Of a stretch of 64,000 nucleotides of DNA, positions 51,332 to 63,362 are shown one piece after another. The DNA comes from Octopus bimaculoides. Lineage: Eukaryota. How positions within the stretch are numbered: the first letter of the stretch is position 1; every line of letters starts with the position of its first letter. Location: contig NC_068995.1 of the NCBI RefSeq assembly GCF_001194135.2, forward strand, positions 38,500,571 to 38,564,570. Direction: 5' to 3'. Position numbers and translations under genes: made by a program. The notes beneath the pieces were generated by a model. The model saw only the letters and a list, made by a program, of their open reading frames with translations. It was not told the DNA's origin and did not search any database.

Positions 51332-52088
51332 TTCGAAGAAAATATTGGTATTATTCCTGTGGGAATAAAATGATGTAAAACAATATAATCATCTCATCAG
51401 GGAAAAAAAGAGAAACAAAACACATCAAGAAGCCATTTTAGCCGAATGTGATTAGCGCGTATATGATGAAGAGAAAGAACGTTGGCAAGTTATTTAAAAA
51501 AAAAAAAACCTTTAATAGATTTAATGTCAAATGCAATTTAAAGAATGAGAAGGTGCAGAAACAAAGAAATTAACAGAAAATTAAGAGTGGAGAAATATAG
51601 TGCAATAGGTGAGTGTAAATAAAGCTTCTGTTCTCCGTGAATTCTCTTGTAAACATGTTTAAACAACGCGTTTATCGTTGCAAACATTGGCAAAAAATAC
51701 CTTTAGTTCCTATAAGTAATTTCTACCAATGTATCAAATTCGATTTTTATCTGTCTTCTTACATTTAATTCCGACTACATATATGTATTTACACGCCTTT
51801 AAGCTTTATTTCCACTCACCTATTGCACTATATTTCTGTACTCTTGATTTTCTATTAATTCTTTCTTTCTCCTCCTCCTCTTTCTCTAAATTACGTTTGA
51901 CGTTAAATCTATTAAAAGTTTTCTTTTTAAATAACCTGCCAGCGTTCCCTTCATCATATACGCGGTAATTACATTCGGTTAAAATTGATTACTGATGTGT
52001 TTTGTTTCTCTTTTCTTCCCTGATGAGATGAGTACATTGTTTTACATCATTCTCTTTCTTCAGGAATAATACCAATATTTTCTTCGAA
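51332..52088. repeat. Long imperfect inverted repeat; arms 51332-51627 and 51801-52088, spacer 173 bp
   Basis: Colinear reverse-complement blocks across the arms (TTCGAAGAAAATATTGGTATTATTCCTG, ATCTCATCAGGGAA, CCGAATGT, GCGTATATGATGAAG, TTTAATAGATTTAA, AGAAATATAGTGCAATAGGTGAGTG, AATAAAGCTT). Confidence 0.93.
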
Positions 52089-52109
52089 CCTTGGAATCCT
52101 CTGTGTAGT

Positions 52110-52350
52110 GGGTTGATCCACTACTCAGGAAGAGACTATTCTAGAGTACGTTCTGTCTTATCTTCGAAACGTCTAGTTGGAATAGAGACAGCTGATGAAG
52201 GGATATTCCAAGTGGCTTTCCGTTCCTATGTGTTCGTTCCGTTGTCTGTAGTTCATTGTTCTAACGTCCTGTACCCTGATATGCATATATATACACATGT
52301 AGATGTAAGTATGTACATATATGTGTGTATACATGTATATATATTCTTTG
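52110..52350 (+). repeat. Interspersed repeat (Penelope-terminus-like); partial second copy at about 62440-62600 on the minus strand
   Basis: ACGTCCTGTACCC(T/G)GATATGCAT...ACATGTAGATGTA.GTATGTACATATATGT is shared with the reverse complement of 62440-62600. Contains CTTCGAAACGTC and CAGCTGATGAAG. Confidence 0.7.
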
Positions 52351-52961
52351 TATTATATATATATATATATATACATGTATATATATATATATATANNNNN
52401 NNNNNNNNNNNNNNNNNNNNNNNNNNNNNNNNNNNNNNNNNNNNNNNNNNNNNNNNNNNNNNNNNNNNNNNNNNNNNNNNNNNNNNNNNNNNNNNNNNNN
52501 NNNNNNNNNNNNNNNNNNNNNNNNNNNNNNNNNNNNNNNNNNNNNNNNNNNNNNNNNNNNNNNNNNNNNNNNNNNNNNNNNNNNNNNNNNNNNNNNNNNN
52601 NNNNNNNNNNNNNNNNNNNNNNNNNNNNNNNNNNNNNNNNNNNNNNNNNNNNNNNNNNNNNNNNNNNNNNNNNNNNNNNNNNNNNNNNNNNNNNNNNNNN
52701 NNNNNNNNNNNNNNNNNNNNNNNNNNNNNNNNNNNNNNNNNNNNNNNNNNNNNNNNNNNNNNNNNNNNNNNNNNNNNNNNNNNNNNNNNNNNNNNNNNNN
52801 NNNNNNNNNNNNNNNNNNNNNNNNNNNNNNNNNNNNNNNNNNNNNNNNNNNNNNNNNNNNNNNNNNNNNNNNNNNNNNNNNNNNNNNNNNNNNNNNNNNN
52901 NNNNNNNNNNNNNNNNNNNNNNNNNNNNNNNNNNNNNNNNNNNNNNNNNTATATAAACATA

Positions 52962-53329
52962 CTAGCAGAATTGATCGGCGCTGCCTGCGTTAAAGAAAAT
53001 AATGAAATTTAAAAACACCCTCTAGATTACGAAGGTCTCAACTGCTAGTAGCTAAGATGCTAACTTTCTACGTAACTCTTCAACCCATGCCAACATGGAA
53101 CATAGAAGTTAAGTGAAATTTGAAAAGAAAGTTTTCAACTAATATATGTATATAAAGTAAATACATGTTTGTCTAACTTTTTTCGTAACCAAAAAGCAGC
53201 TACAGATTATAACAATGAAAGGCCGTACGTAGAGTGCACACAGACACAGACACATACACACACACACAGACACACACACAAACAGACAACGAATATTTCA
53301 CACTATTGTTTCTCTTTTATACAGACAGA
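52962..53329 (-). mobile_element. Non-autonomous Helitron (about 368 bp)
   Basis: Minus strand: A|TCTGTCTGTATAAAAGAGAA start at 53329, internal (GT)n, degenerate hairpin GCAGGCAGCGCCGATC, CTAG|T end at 52962. Confidence 0.75.
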
Positions 53330-53424
53330 TAAACATTCACGCATGTCACTCGGAAAGTGAAAGTGTAATAGTAATACTTTTAACACTCAATGGTTTTACA
53401 CTTCTATATATGATATGGACTTTA

Positions 53425-55060
53425 CTATTCATGTAATTGCTTCTTTATATGCTGTATTTTCTGTCTTGCCACGTTTATATGTTTATCACTGAGATTATAG
53501 AGGTTCTTTTCATCTCCTGCTCTTGAGCATCCAGCATACAGCTGACCATGTGAGAAGCAAGGTTGAAGGAGGTTAAGTCTCACCGCATTTAGAGATTGAC
53601 CTTGTGCTTTGTTGATAGACATTGCGAAGCTAGCGTTGACAAGAAACTGCAGTCACTTGAACTTAAAGTGGAGATCATTTGAGATGACAGGTATCCTTGG
53701 AATAAAGGCATTCTCAACCATGTTGCCATGATGGAGAAGAGGTTTTTCAGTTGCATGTCAGACTTGCACATTTGTGCCTGTCAGCGTGGCAGCCCAGCGT
53801 GCATCATCTTCCAGAAGACCTCTGAGATGGCAAGCCTGGTGATATATTTGACATACTGTGTTATCAACCGTACGTAAGGCTAGAAATGATGTATGTTCCT
53901 TGACATGGTGTAATAGAAACCTTAAATAGTAGCACACTGAGTAGTTGGGATAGGCAACATAATCTCAACACAGAGCGTGTCTGATTTCTTGGTTCCAGGA
54001 TGATGTAAGTGTGCTCCAAGTGCACGTCATTTCCATTTCTTTTGGTGTCAGGCATAGAATTGTGAAACTTTGTTGTATAGCAGCCTTCTAGCAAATTCAT
54101 CATCTTGACAGAGCTTGAAGAATGCTGTGAGTGTGGTATTTGTTAGAGTTTCCATTTGTAGTTGGGATGTGTTTGTCAGTGTGCTCTCTGTGAGATGGAG
54201 GGCAATATCACGCTTGTCATCTTCTTGCCCAAACAGAAGCACAGCTATTTCATTTGCTGCTGTCGCATTAAACCTCCCTCCATGTTACCTGGATAGTTTC
54301 TTGCCTGATCTGATTACTAATTTGTAATCAATTGAGTCATGTGGAATTGTTTCAAGTGCAGTCTTAAAGCTTCTGATCAGGTTATTGTTGTTATGCAGCG
54401 TCTTTTGCAGAGACACTACAATGTTCATCCTGATGCCGAAAGTGTTCTTGAACCTCTCTTGCCTTCCTGTTAAGAATTACCCATAAAATATATTTGAAGG
54501 AAATTTGGTGATTCATTTGACAGGTAGTAGAGAGCCAATCCGATGATAAATCTGACCTTGGACCTTGAAAGTTTGCATGAATCCCGGATCAAATTATATC
54601 TAATGTGGCTCCAAATGATGTCATCTGTGGTGCAGCATTGTACTAACTTAATGTTGTTTTGGAGGTACGTGGGATCTTGGTCAGTTCTTGACAACGGCTT
54701 CTTCAATTGCTCTAGAGGTTGGGGGATTGGAGTGAGTTTAACCTTTCCATCATTGCAGCACAGTGCCGTTGTCTCTCCAGATTACTTCTCTGCTTCACAA
54801 TGTATGCACTCAGTTGTCATTGCGCCAGTGGAAACTCTGGTAGTCTATTGTCATCTGCATAATGCACTGCTGGATTATATTTGAAAGCTGTTTCATAGAA
54901 GTTGCTTCGCTCTGCGGTGGGGATCCTATTCCTCGTCAGTCGTTCATACCTCTGTTCATCACTTTGAGATGCTCTGACTTTTGTAGTGCACAGTCTATTC
55001 GTTTCTAGGCATGCTTCTCTTTCTGCACCTATCTCTCTTACGCTGGACAGAGACATTCTT
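53425..55060 (-). pseudogene. Helitron RepHel remnant with large internal deletions
   Basis: AFKYNP...CIHCEAEK...LCCNDGKVKL, PNFLQIYFMG, FKTALE...RRFNA...DKRDI, TTLTAFFKLCQDDEFARRLLY, then FIPRIPVI...FAMSINKAQGQSL...PCFSHGQLYAGCSR (PIF1 motifs V-VI). Confidence 0.92.
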
Positions 55061-55679
55061 TTGATATTGTAGACAAATTGGCATAACTACAGATTTCTAC
55101 TCCGCCCCAAATTTGGATGATCCTAACTTTCAGAAAAATGAATAATTTTTAATTAATTTTTTTACGAATATCTGTTATATTAAGTAGATTCCGAATATAC
55201 AAACATTTTGGGAGTAAGTATTTTAGGAGGGAGTGGGTGGGGAATTTCGGAAACACACAAAACGGAGAAAATGAAACAAATATGGACGACTTGTTCCGAA
55301 ATACCCCCGAGTGAGGAACAATTCTCAAAAATAATCTCCAATAGTCTTTTCCTATAATTTCTATGTCCTCGAAATCTACATAGTCCGAGGTATAGTTATA
55401 GAGAATTCCATAAAAATATCCATTTTCTTGAGAGTTAAGCCAAATTGAAGTAAAATCCGGTGAAGTTTCATAAATTCCCCACCCCACCTAAAACACTTAC
55501 ATCCCGCCAACATCACACAAAATTGTATATTCCAAATCTACATGATATAACACATATTCGTAGAAAATTGTATTTAAAAATATCCATTTTCTGAAAGTTG
55601 TGATCATAAAATTAGGGGAGGGGTAGAAATCGCTTCACAACGAATACTGGTCTGTTTATGTCGTCGTAACTTAAACGTT

Positions 55680-55820
55680 CGGCATAATTGAGTGGTACAA
55701 TAAGTATTAGGCTTTCACTGACCACTGAATAAGTCCAAGGGTTGATTTTTCGACTAAAACCCTTTAAGGTTTTGCTGCATCATGACCGCAGTGAAATGGC
55801 TGAAACAAGTAAAAGACTAT
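55680..55820 (+). mobile_element. SINE fragment
   Basis: AATAAGTCC...TTCGACTAAAACCCTTTAAGG...CATGACCGCAGTGAAATGGCTGAAACAAGTAAAAGA; same family tail as 57985-58150 and 62770-62905. Confidence 0.7.
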
Positions 55821-55905
55821 ATATATCGCGGTGTTCTTTCCGTTTACGTGTAGCAGATCCTCTCACAAGACTTTGGTGGGGCCGAGGCTGCAGTAGAAGA
55901 TACTC

Positions 55906-55937
<32 letters not shown>

Positions 55938-56492
55938 NNNNNNNNNNNNNNNNNNNNNNNNNNNNNNNNNNNNNNNNNNNNNNNNNNNNNNNNNNNNNNN
56001 NNNNNNNNNNNNNNNNNNNNNNNNNNNNNNNNNNNNNNNNNNNNNNNNNNNNNNNNNNNNNNNNNGGGAGAGAGAGAGAGAAGGAAATGAATTTCCTATA
56101 CAGAAAATAAGTTAGCGCTCAGTAAATAGACCTAAGAAAACATAGAATAATGTAGGCTTCAATGAAAATTCAACTTTCGAGATATTGGCAATAAAAAACA
56201 GCATATACTGACCACCCACCCCTTTCACACAGACGCATGTATGCACACCTTCAAATATATACACAGTATACACTCTGCAACATCGGCTCTATGTCTTGCA
56301 AATACCTATCGGACATTCTACAACACTGAAAGAAAAACACGATGCTAACAAACAGGTTACGGAACTGATTGACTACACAAGCCATAAATGTATGTTATGT
56401 GACGCTTTGAAAATGGTAAATTTTCTGCTTGGTCAACAAAGGGGCTACACGAAATTAGCATGTTTTTGGTAATGTGGGACAGAACAATTCGT

Positions 56493-56665
56493 TATGGTGG
56501 CAAGCTATCAGAATCGTTAGCATGCCAGGCAAACGGCTTACCGCCATTTTGCACGTCTCTACGCTCTGGTTTGAAATTTAGCCGAGGCCAGATTTGCCTT
56601 TCATCATTTTGAGATCAATAAAATGAATATCAGTCGAAATTGCTGGCCTGATGCCAAAATTTGAA
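56493..56665 (+). mobile_element. SINE copy (same family as 37255-37485)
   Basis: GGTGGCAAGCTATCAGAATCGTTAGCATGCCAGGC...GCCGAGG...TTTGCCTTTCATC. Confidence 0.8.
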
Positions 56666-56717
56666 ACCATTATTCGTCAATTCCTTCACATTTAACCAAG
56701 TAACTAATCGATTGTTT

Positions 56718-56892
56718 TGCTAGTCGTTCGGTCAATCAGCTAGGAGTTTCAAAATATTCTTGTCAGCATGCGCGACCTCATCAATGATTTGCCCTCTCGA
56801 CCTATTTTAAAGAGGTTATTGATGAGGTCTATAATGACAACGAAAGTGCTTGTAAAGCCTACTAGCTGACTGACAAAACGATTATTCTAGCA
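56718..56892. repeat. Imperfect palindrome (about 175 bp), MITE-like
   Basis: Nested inverted blocks TGCTAG/CTAGCA, GTCA.TCAGCTAG/CTAGCTGA.TGAC and GACCTCATCAAT/ATTGATGAGGTC. Confidence 0.75.
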
Positions 56893-57185
56893 TTGAATTG
56901 GTTAATTGATTAAACGTTATCGAACTGACAAATAATAAGTTGATGTGAAAACGAGCAAGTTCGCGTGGTTTAACGACCCTTTCGGAATACAACAAAATCT
57001 TTTACGGCGTAACAATTCACATCAAAAATCTAGAAAACCAAACACGAAATTACATAAATTAATTTCATGTGATAGAAATGTCATATGTTACAAATCACAC
57101 AATAGCGTGTGATGACCAAATTTATTATTTTTTTTGTTGCTTTCTCGTACTTTAGAAATGAAATTATTTGCTGTGCATTACATGT

Positions 57186-58150
57186 CAACCGGTGCTCATG
57201 TATTTATGTCCCCGTATCTCAGTTGTTCGTCTAAAAAGACCGATATAATATCTACCAAGTCTTGAAAAGAATATGTACTGTTGACGATATGTTCGACTAG
57301 AAACCTTTCAAGGTGGTACACCGACATGACCTCTGCCTAATGACGGCATCAGTTGGCGTTTATTAGGATGTTTCATACAGAATAAAAAAGAGTGTGTTTA
57401 ACATATTCAATTTATTTGAACCACTGAATGGCATATAAAGCTATTTTGATTATTTCCAATAAATATATGTACAACATAGAATAATTATATATGAATAATC
57501 TTTTCGATCGTTTATATTGATTATTAATGCTCAATGTCAATTGTAACGAAAATCAAGAAATCATATTTTTATATGTATGTAAATATATCTAATACAATCG
57601 TAATATTTCAAATTAACGTTGTATATTAATGTTTATTCAATGTCTATGATTCTGTAGATATGTTTGTGCATGAGTATAACGGAAGCGTTGTTGGAAATAT
57701 TGAAAAAGAATTTTAATATTTTAAATGAAAAATAAGACTTTGTATTATAAAGAGAGCAATTCAAAATATGACTCGACAGTATTTCATGATTTCATGAAAT
57801 AAAGATTACCGACAATTAAAGTAATAATTTCTTGTTTTATTATTTTCATATCATTATTATATTATAATCCTCATAGCTATGGAAACAAATTAAAATTCAT
57901 ATTTGGGAACCAGATGCTTGATAAATAGTTGATGTATTCAGAATACACAAGGGCTGTGTTCACGCTTTTTTTTTCGTTTTTACTTGATGCCGTCATTAGG
58001 CAGAGGTCATGTCGGTGTACCACCTTGAAAGGTTTCTAGTCGAACATATCGTCAACAGTACATATTCTTTTCAAGACTTGGTAGATATTATATCGGTCTT
58101 TTTAGACGAACAACTGAGATACGGGGACATAAATACATGAGCACCGGTTG
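57186..58150. repeat. Perfect 166-bp inverted repeat (57186-57351 and 57985-58150) made of degenerate SINE sequence; spacer 633 bp
   Basis: Manual base-by-base comparison found no mismatch over 166 nt. Confidence 0.95.
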
Positions 58151-59340
58151 TCAAAATCGTACACATGCACACACCCCACGCACTTGCGTACTCTCCTACC
58201 ACACATATATAGTCCGAATTTAGAGAAAATTAAAGCCAAAGACAAGTGAGGGAACAACAAGCAAGATGTTAGACGATAAAATCATAAACATTTATGAATT
58301 TTATCAGTAGCCAACATATAACAAAAGCCTTTTTAGGCAAAATACATTTATAGAGATAAATAATTGTATAGGGTACAATTACAAGTGTTTTTGTGCCATT
58401 AAGTATAATTGTACCCCCAAAAATTATATATCTATAAATGTACTTTACCTAAAATATTTGTGTATGCTGGCCACCTATAAAATTCGTTAATTGTAATAAT
58501 TTTATCCTCTAAGTATCCTTTAAATATAACCCATTCACTTCGGGTCAATTTATTTACCTCTCTACCTACTTAGGTTTCGACAATTCCTCTATTCCCCACC
58601 TCTCTTACTCTTTCCTTTACGTTTCTTTCGCCTTTTCTTACATTCTTTTCTAATTATATTTTCAAAATCTTTGTTATTATCGTTTATATTACAGACGGGT
58701 AAGTTGCAATATATAATGGCTTTAGTATGGATAACTATTGATTTCCAACAAAGATGTCGTAGCTTCCGCAATAAAAAACCTGTCACCTCACAGATAAACC
58801 TAAAATATGAGTACAAAAATGTAGTGTACGTTCTCTTTGGAATTCGTACAAATTAATGGCAACTAAATTCAAGAAAAATATATGTAACCGTATAGCGAAT
58901 GCATGTATATATTTTGGTCTTCTGACAATTGTGTATTACTTACATGTGGTGGATTTTAACTTGCAGCTATTTGGCTTTATGTGGGTGCGTTTCTAAGACG
59001 ATATTACTACACATTCTATATTTTCTCAGTGAAGAAGCTGTCTTCATATTGTTTGAATGTATCATTACGTGCAGCACTGTTAGGTGGAGAAAAGAGATGA
59101 TTTTTCTTTGTTCGAGACATAAATTCCTCCAAATGAAAATTGTTTATCAGTCAGTTTCTGGGATAGTCAGTCCTGAAAAAAGCTGCAAAAAAAGTAAAGT
59201 ACATAGCCTCTGGTGGTTTCTATTTCTATTTCATGTTGTAGAAGTGGGGGGAGTGGAGAGTGAAGGGACGTTCCTATTTCTACTAACAATTTTGGTGGAG
59301 AGCTGCCATCATATGTGTATGTGTGCGTTCTTGTATGTAC

Positions 59341-59387
<47 letters not shown>

Positions 59388-61875
59388 ACTGTGTATGTGT
59401 TCTTAAACACACATATGCATTATTTGCATATATTTTCTATATGTGGTTCTTCGTAACGGTAGGGGTTATGTTGATATTTTGTAATGGAATGTAAGCGAAA
59501 GTCATGGGGATTGAGAATATAGTAACTTTAGCTTCATCTTAGCATATAAAAATAAAGAATATATAAGAAACAATATTAAATAAAGAACTGGAACAATTAT
59601 CAGTAACACCTGTTGTCCGACTACAGTTGCTAGTCATATGTAGGCTTAATGGCTGGAATTCTCTGTTCTAACAGTTTGTTGTGGGCGGGGTGGAGTGGTA
59701 TCTGTGTTGGTGGGCTATTGAATCATTTTCAAGATTAATATTATTTTTGAACTGTACATATCTGCATCTATGTAAGTGAGAATGCGATTATGCGTAAGTA
59801 TCTATATGTGTATCTATGTGTAGAATACTTTTCATATATCCACTTACCATTCTCTTTCAATATTCTTGGTGTAAATGAGTAGGTGGTTTGCTTTGTGATA
59901 CAACTATAATTGTTTGTAATAGATACGTAGGTGTACTGCCATACCTCGTCTATGAATGTATATTTTTATAATATGACAGAATGACAAATTCTGCTGCATA
60001 TGCCACATACTCAAGAAACATTAGGCTTGGCAGCTCACCACATGGCCCCGGCAGACAAAGTCGAAAAGGCGTGGCCCTGAACGTTGGGGGGGGGGGAAGA
60101 GACATTGGGATAGCCGATCCGACTCACGAGGCACGCACTTCCACGGAGTCAGCTCTGGCATGAAAACAATGAGCATGTGTGTAGTCTGGGGACCAACAAA
60201 CCGGTTAGAGAACACACTTGTCACTATTGTCAAGGTGCCACAGCATATAAACATCCCAGATGAAAAGCCGATCATCGAGGAACGGGAAAATAACCCTGGC
60301 TACTGGTCTATCACTATCTTCTTATTTTATTTCCTCTGGTTGGTACCTGGCAGGAAATCCTGCGGCGTCTTGCTCATGCATTATGATCTCGTTGTGAGCA
60401 GCTTGTCGTGAGTGCGTGTGATAGAGAGAAAGATAGAAAGAGGGAATGTAAAGGGCAAGAAATAGAGCTAGAAAGTGAGAGACCAAGCCAGAAAGAAATA
60501 CAAAGAAATAAACGGTGCTCTTTGTGTCGATATAAGTTTGCCAAGGCAACATTAGATCCAACTAGAAATCGGCCATTGTAGACAGGTAACGCCCACAAAA
60601 CCACAGATAAATTGACAAAATTATAATGAGAATTTCGTCAACCTTTTGTGTATTGACAACAGAGGCTGTAATGAATGGAATGTTATCTCCTACATGCAAA
60701 AGCCACACGCCAGCTTTTATACAAATGAAAACACACGTAGAAGTAACAGATGTTTGAGTGAGTTGTTTTGAAGCATACAAACGAATTACCTTTTCCTCAT
60801 AAATAATATCTGAATTTATTTCTAATTGTACTATACATGTATTCGTTTAATCATTTAATTATATATTCATTCATTCATTCATTCATTTATACAATTATGC
60901 TTTTCTAGGTTGGCTTGCAGTGATCGTTTATTTTCGCTAGCTGAATTAGTGAGTGGTTACATTTTCTCAACGATTTTCCTTTCATCGGCTTTTTTGATAG
61001 AGGCGTCAAGGAATTAGGGAGATGGCTTCTAGTAACCTTTCTCTTTTTCACTCTCTCAGTTCTTATCAAGCTGATGGCACCACCGATTCTATTCCATTTG
61101 GCATCAATAAATACGGATGTTGATTTTTCTGTTTCTGGGGTGTTTTCTTTTCACCATTCTTCGTTCAATTCTGTCTTTCATAGAGAAATCCTCCGCAGTA
61201 AGACATGCAGACTGCTGAAATCCGACAATTCTGCAAAGCCCGATTCATGCCGTATGTCATGTTGTAGTTGTGTTTGTGTATCTCATCGTCATATATATNN
61301 NNNNNNNNNNNNNNNNNNNNNNNNNNNNNNNNNNNNNNNNNNNNNNNNNNNNNNNNNNNNNNNNNNNNNNNNNNNNNNNNNNNNNNNNNNNNNNNNNNNN
61401 NNNNNNNNNNNNNNNNNNNNNNNNNNNNNNNNNNNNNNNNNNNNNNNNNNNNNNNNNNNNNNNNNNNNNNNNNNNNNNNNNNNNNNNNNNNNNNNNNNNN
61501 NNNNNNNNNNNNNNNNNNNNNNNNNNNNNNNNNNNNNNNNNNNNNNNNNNNNNNNNNNNNNNNNNNNNNNNNNNNNNNNNNNNNNNNNNNNNNNNNNNNN
61601 NNNNNNNNNNNNNNNNNNNNNNNNNNNNNNNNNNNNNNNNNNNNNNNNNNNNNNNNNNNNNNNNNNNNNNNNNNNNNNNNNNNNNNNNNNNNNNNNNNNN
61701 NNNNNNNNNNNNNNNNNNNNNNNNNNNNNNNNNNNNNNNNNNNNNNNNNNNNNNNNNNNNNNNNNNNNNNNNNNNNNNNNNNNNNNNNNNNNNNNNNNNN
61801 NNNNNNNNNNNNNNNNNCTGGTGTTCGTTCGGTACATTGAATTTTGTGCATTTTTATGTGTCTTTATTATGCTTG

Positions 61876-62200
61876 CGTTGTAAGTGTTTATTGAGCGAAA
61901 ACGCCTAAAGCCCCACGAGGCTCCGGCAGGGGATGGTGGCGAACCCTGCTGTACTTTTTCACCACAGCTTTCTCTCACTCTTACTTCCTGTTTCTGTTGT
62001 GCTTGTAATTCAAAGGGTCAGCCTTGTCACACTGTGTCACACTGAATATCCCCGAGAGCTACGTTAAGGGTACACGTGTCTGTGGAGTGCTCAGCCACTT
62101 GCACGTTAATTTCACGAGCAGGCTGTTCCGTTGATCGGATCAACTGGAACCCTTGACATCGTAAGTGACGGAGTGCCAAAAACAACAATAACAACAATTA
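61876..62200 (+). mobile_element. tRNA-derived SINE body (head missing), same family as 26514-26897
   Basis: TGTTTATTGAGCGAAAAC.CCTAAAG...GGCAGGGGATGGTGGCGAACCCTGCTG...GGGTACACGTGTCTGTGGAGTGCTCAG...GACGGAGTGCCA, followed by a (CAA)n tail. Confidence 0.9.
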
Positions 62201-62769
62201 TGCCTGCACTGACGATTAGAAAGTGGATTATGTAGACTAACTATGAAATCATATGATTTACGACTGAATCTATTTTTAAGGGTTGGCTTCAAATTTGCAT
62301 TCCCTTGCGTTCGGTTCACAATATATTTATTATGGTAGTTTTGACGTTAAGTGTCCCTCATAGCGTGAAGCATTTAGTAATGCCCTCAATATATACATAC
62401 AAATACACACACACTCACATACATATATACATATATATTATAATACAAATGATATATGAGCATATGCATGTATACATACATATATGTACATACCTACATC
62501 TACATGTATATATAGATGCATATCCGGGTACAGGACGTAAAAAAACGTGAACAAACAAGGTACGGGAACATAAACAAAGCACAAAAAAATGGACTTTTTT
62601 ACGGATAACAGAATGAACACGCATACACACACGCATAGGCAAAAATAAATATAAGCACTCGCAAACACACTCGCACACACATACACGCACGCACATCACT
62701 TTCTGCCTTTCTCACTCTCTATATATATGTGTGTCTGTCTTTGTGTCTGTGTTTTTCCTTTCCCAAACC

Positions 62770-62905
62770 ACTTGACAAACGGTGATAGTGTATTTACTTC
62801 CCCGTGATCTAGCAGTTAGACATAGAAACCGATAGAATAAGTACCTGACTTTAAAATAAAAAAATACTGGTGTTAACTGATTTGACTAAGAATTAGCCAT
62901 GGCTC
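62770..62905 (+). mobile_element. SINE fragment
   Basis: CCACTTGACAAACGGTG...CCCCGTGATCTAGCAGTT...ACCGATAGAATAAGTAC. Confidence 0.7.
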
Positions 62906-63139
62906 AACTCCAGTATATTTGCAATGTAATATCAGAAATAAATAAAAGTTATATTTCTTACAATTTTTGTAGTTGTCTGCATTACGAAACACAATTATTA
63001 AAATTAACGTAACATTTACTTCCTTTTTTGTGAAATAACTTTATAGCCAAGCATTGCAGCTAAATTCAGCTGCGCAAATGTTTGAAATAACAGCAGTAAT
63101 AGAGCTTGCATTTAAGTGATGCGAACGAAATTAGTTTAT

Positions 63140-63362
63140 TCTTTTCTTCTCTAAGCACAATGCAGGAAATTGTTTTTTTTTGGGGGGGGGGGTGGAGGGA
63201 ATAATCGATTAGATCAACCTAAGTACGCAACTGGTACTTAATTCAGCGACCACGAACAGATGACGGGCAAAGTTAGCCTCGGCGGAATTTGAAATCAGAA
63301 CGCAAAGACAGACGAAATACCGCTAAGCATTTCGCCCGACGTGCTAACGTTTCTGCCGCCTT
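63140..63362 (-). mobile_element. SINE with 15-bp TSD (1 mismatch)
   Basis: ACGAAATTA(G/A)TTTAT at 63125-63139 and 63363-63377; body matches 37255-37485. Confidence 0.88.

Noticed and set aside
60515-60600. RCSLCRYK motif as a possible piggyBac Cys-rich tail
   Set aside because: Only one CxxC is present and there is no upstream DDD homology.
61060-61197. Possible 138-nt in-frame plus-strand exon (CTCTCAG...CGCA|GTAAG)
   Set aside because: The peptide is unrecognised and has no supporting neighbour exons, so it is too weak to report without RNA data.
20702-61978. Long ORFs (up to 323 aa) that span N-runs
   Set aside because: They are artefacts of translating assembly gaps and the flanking (TA)n/(CA)n tracts.
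1471-62699. Many ORFs rich in CVCV, HTHT, YIYI, SLSL, poly-I or poly-M
   Set aside because: These are translations of microsatellites, with no evidence of coding function.
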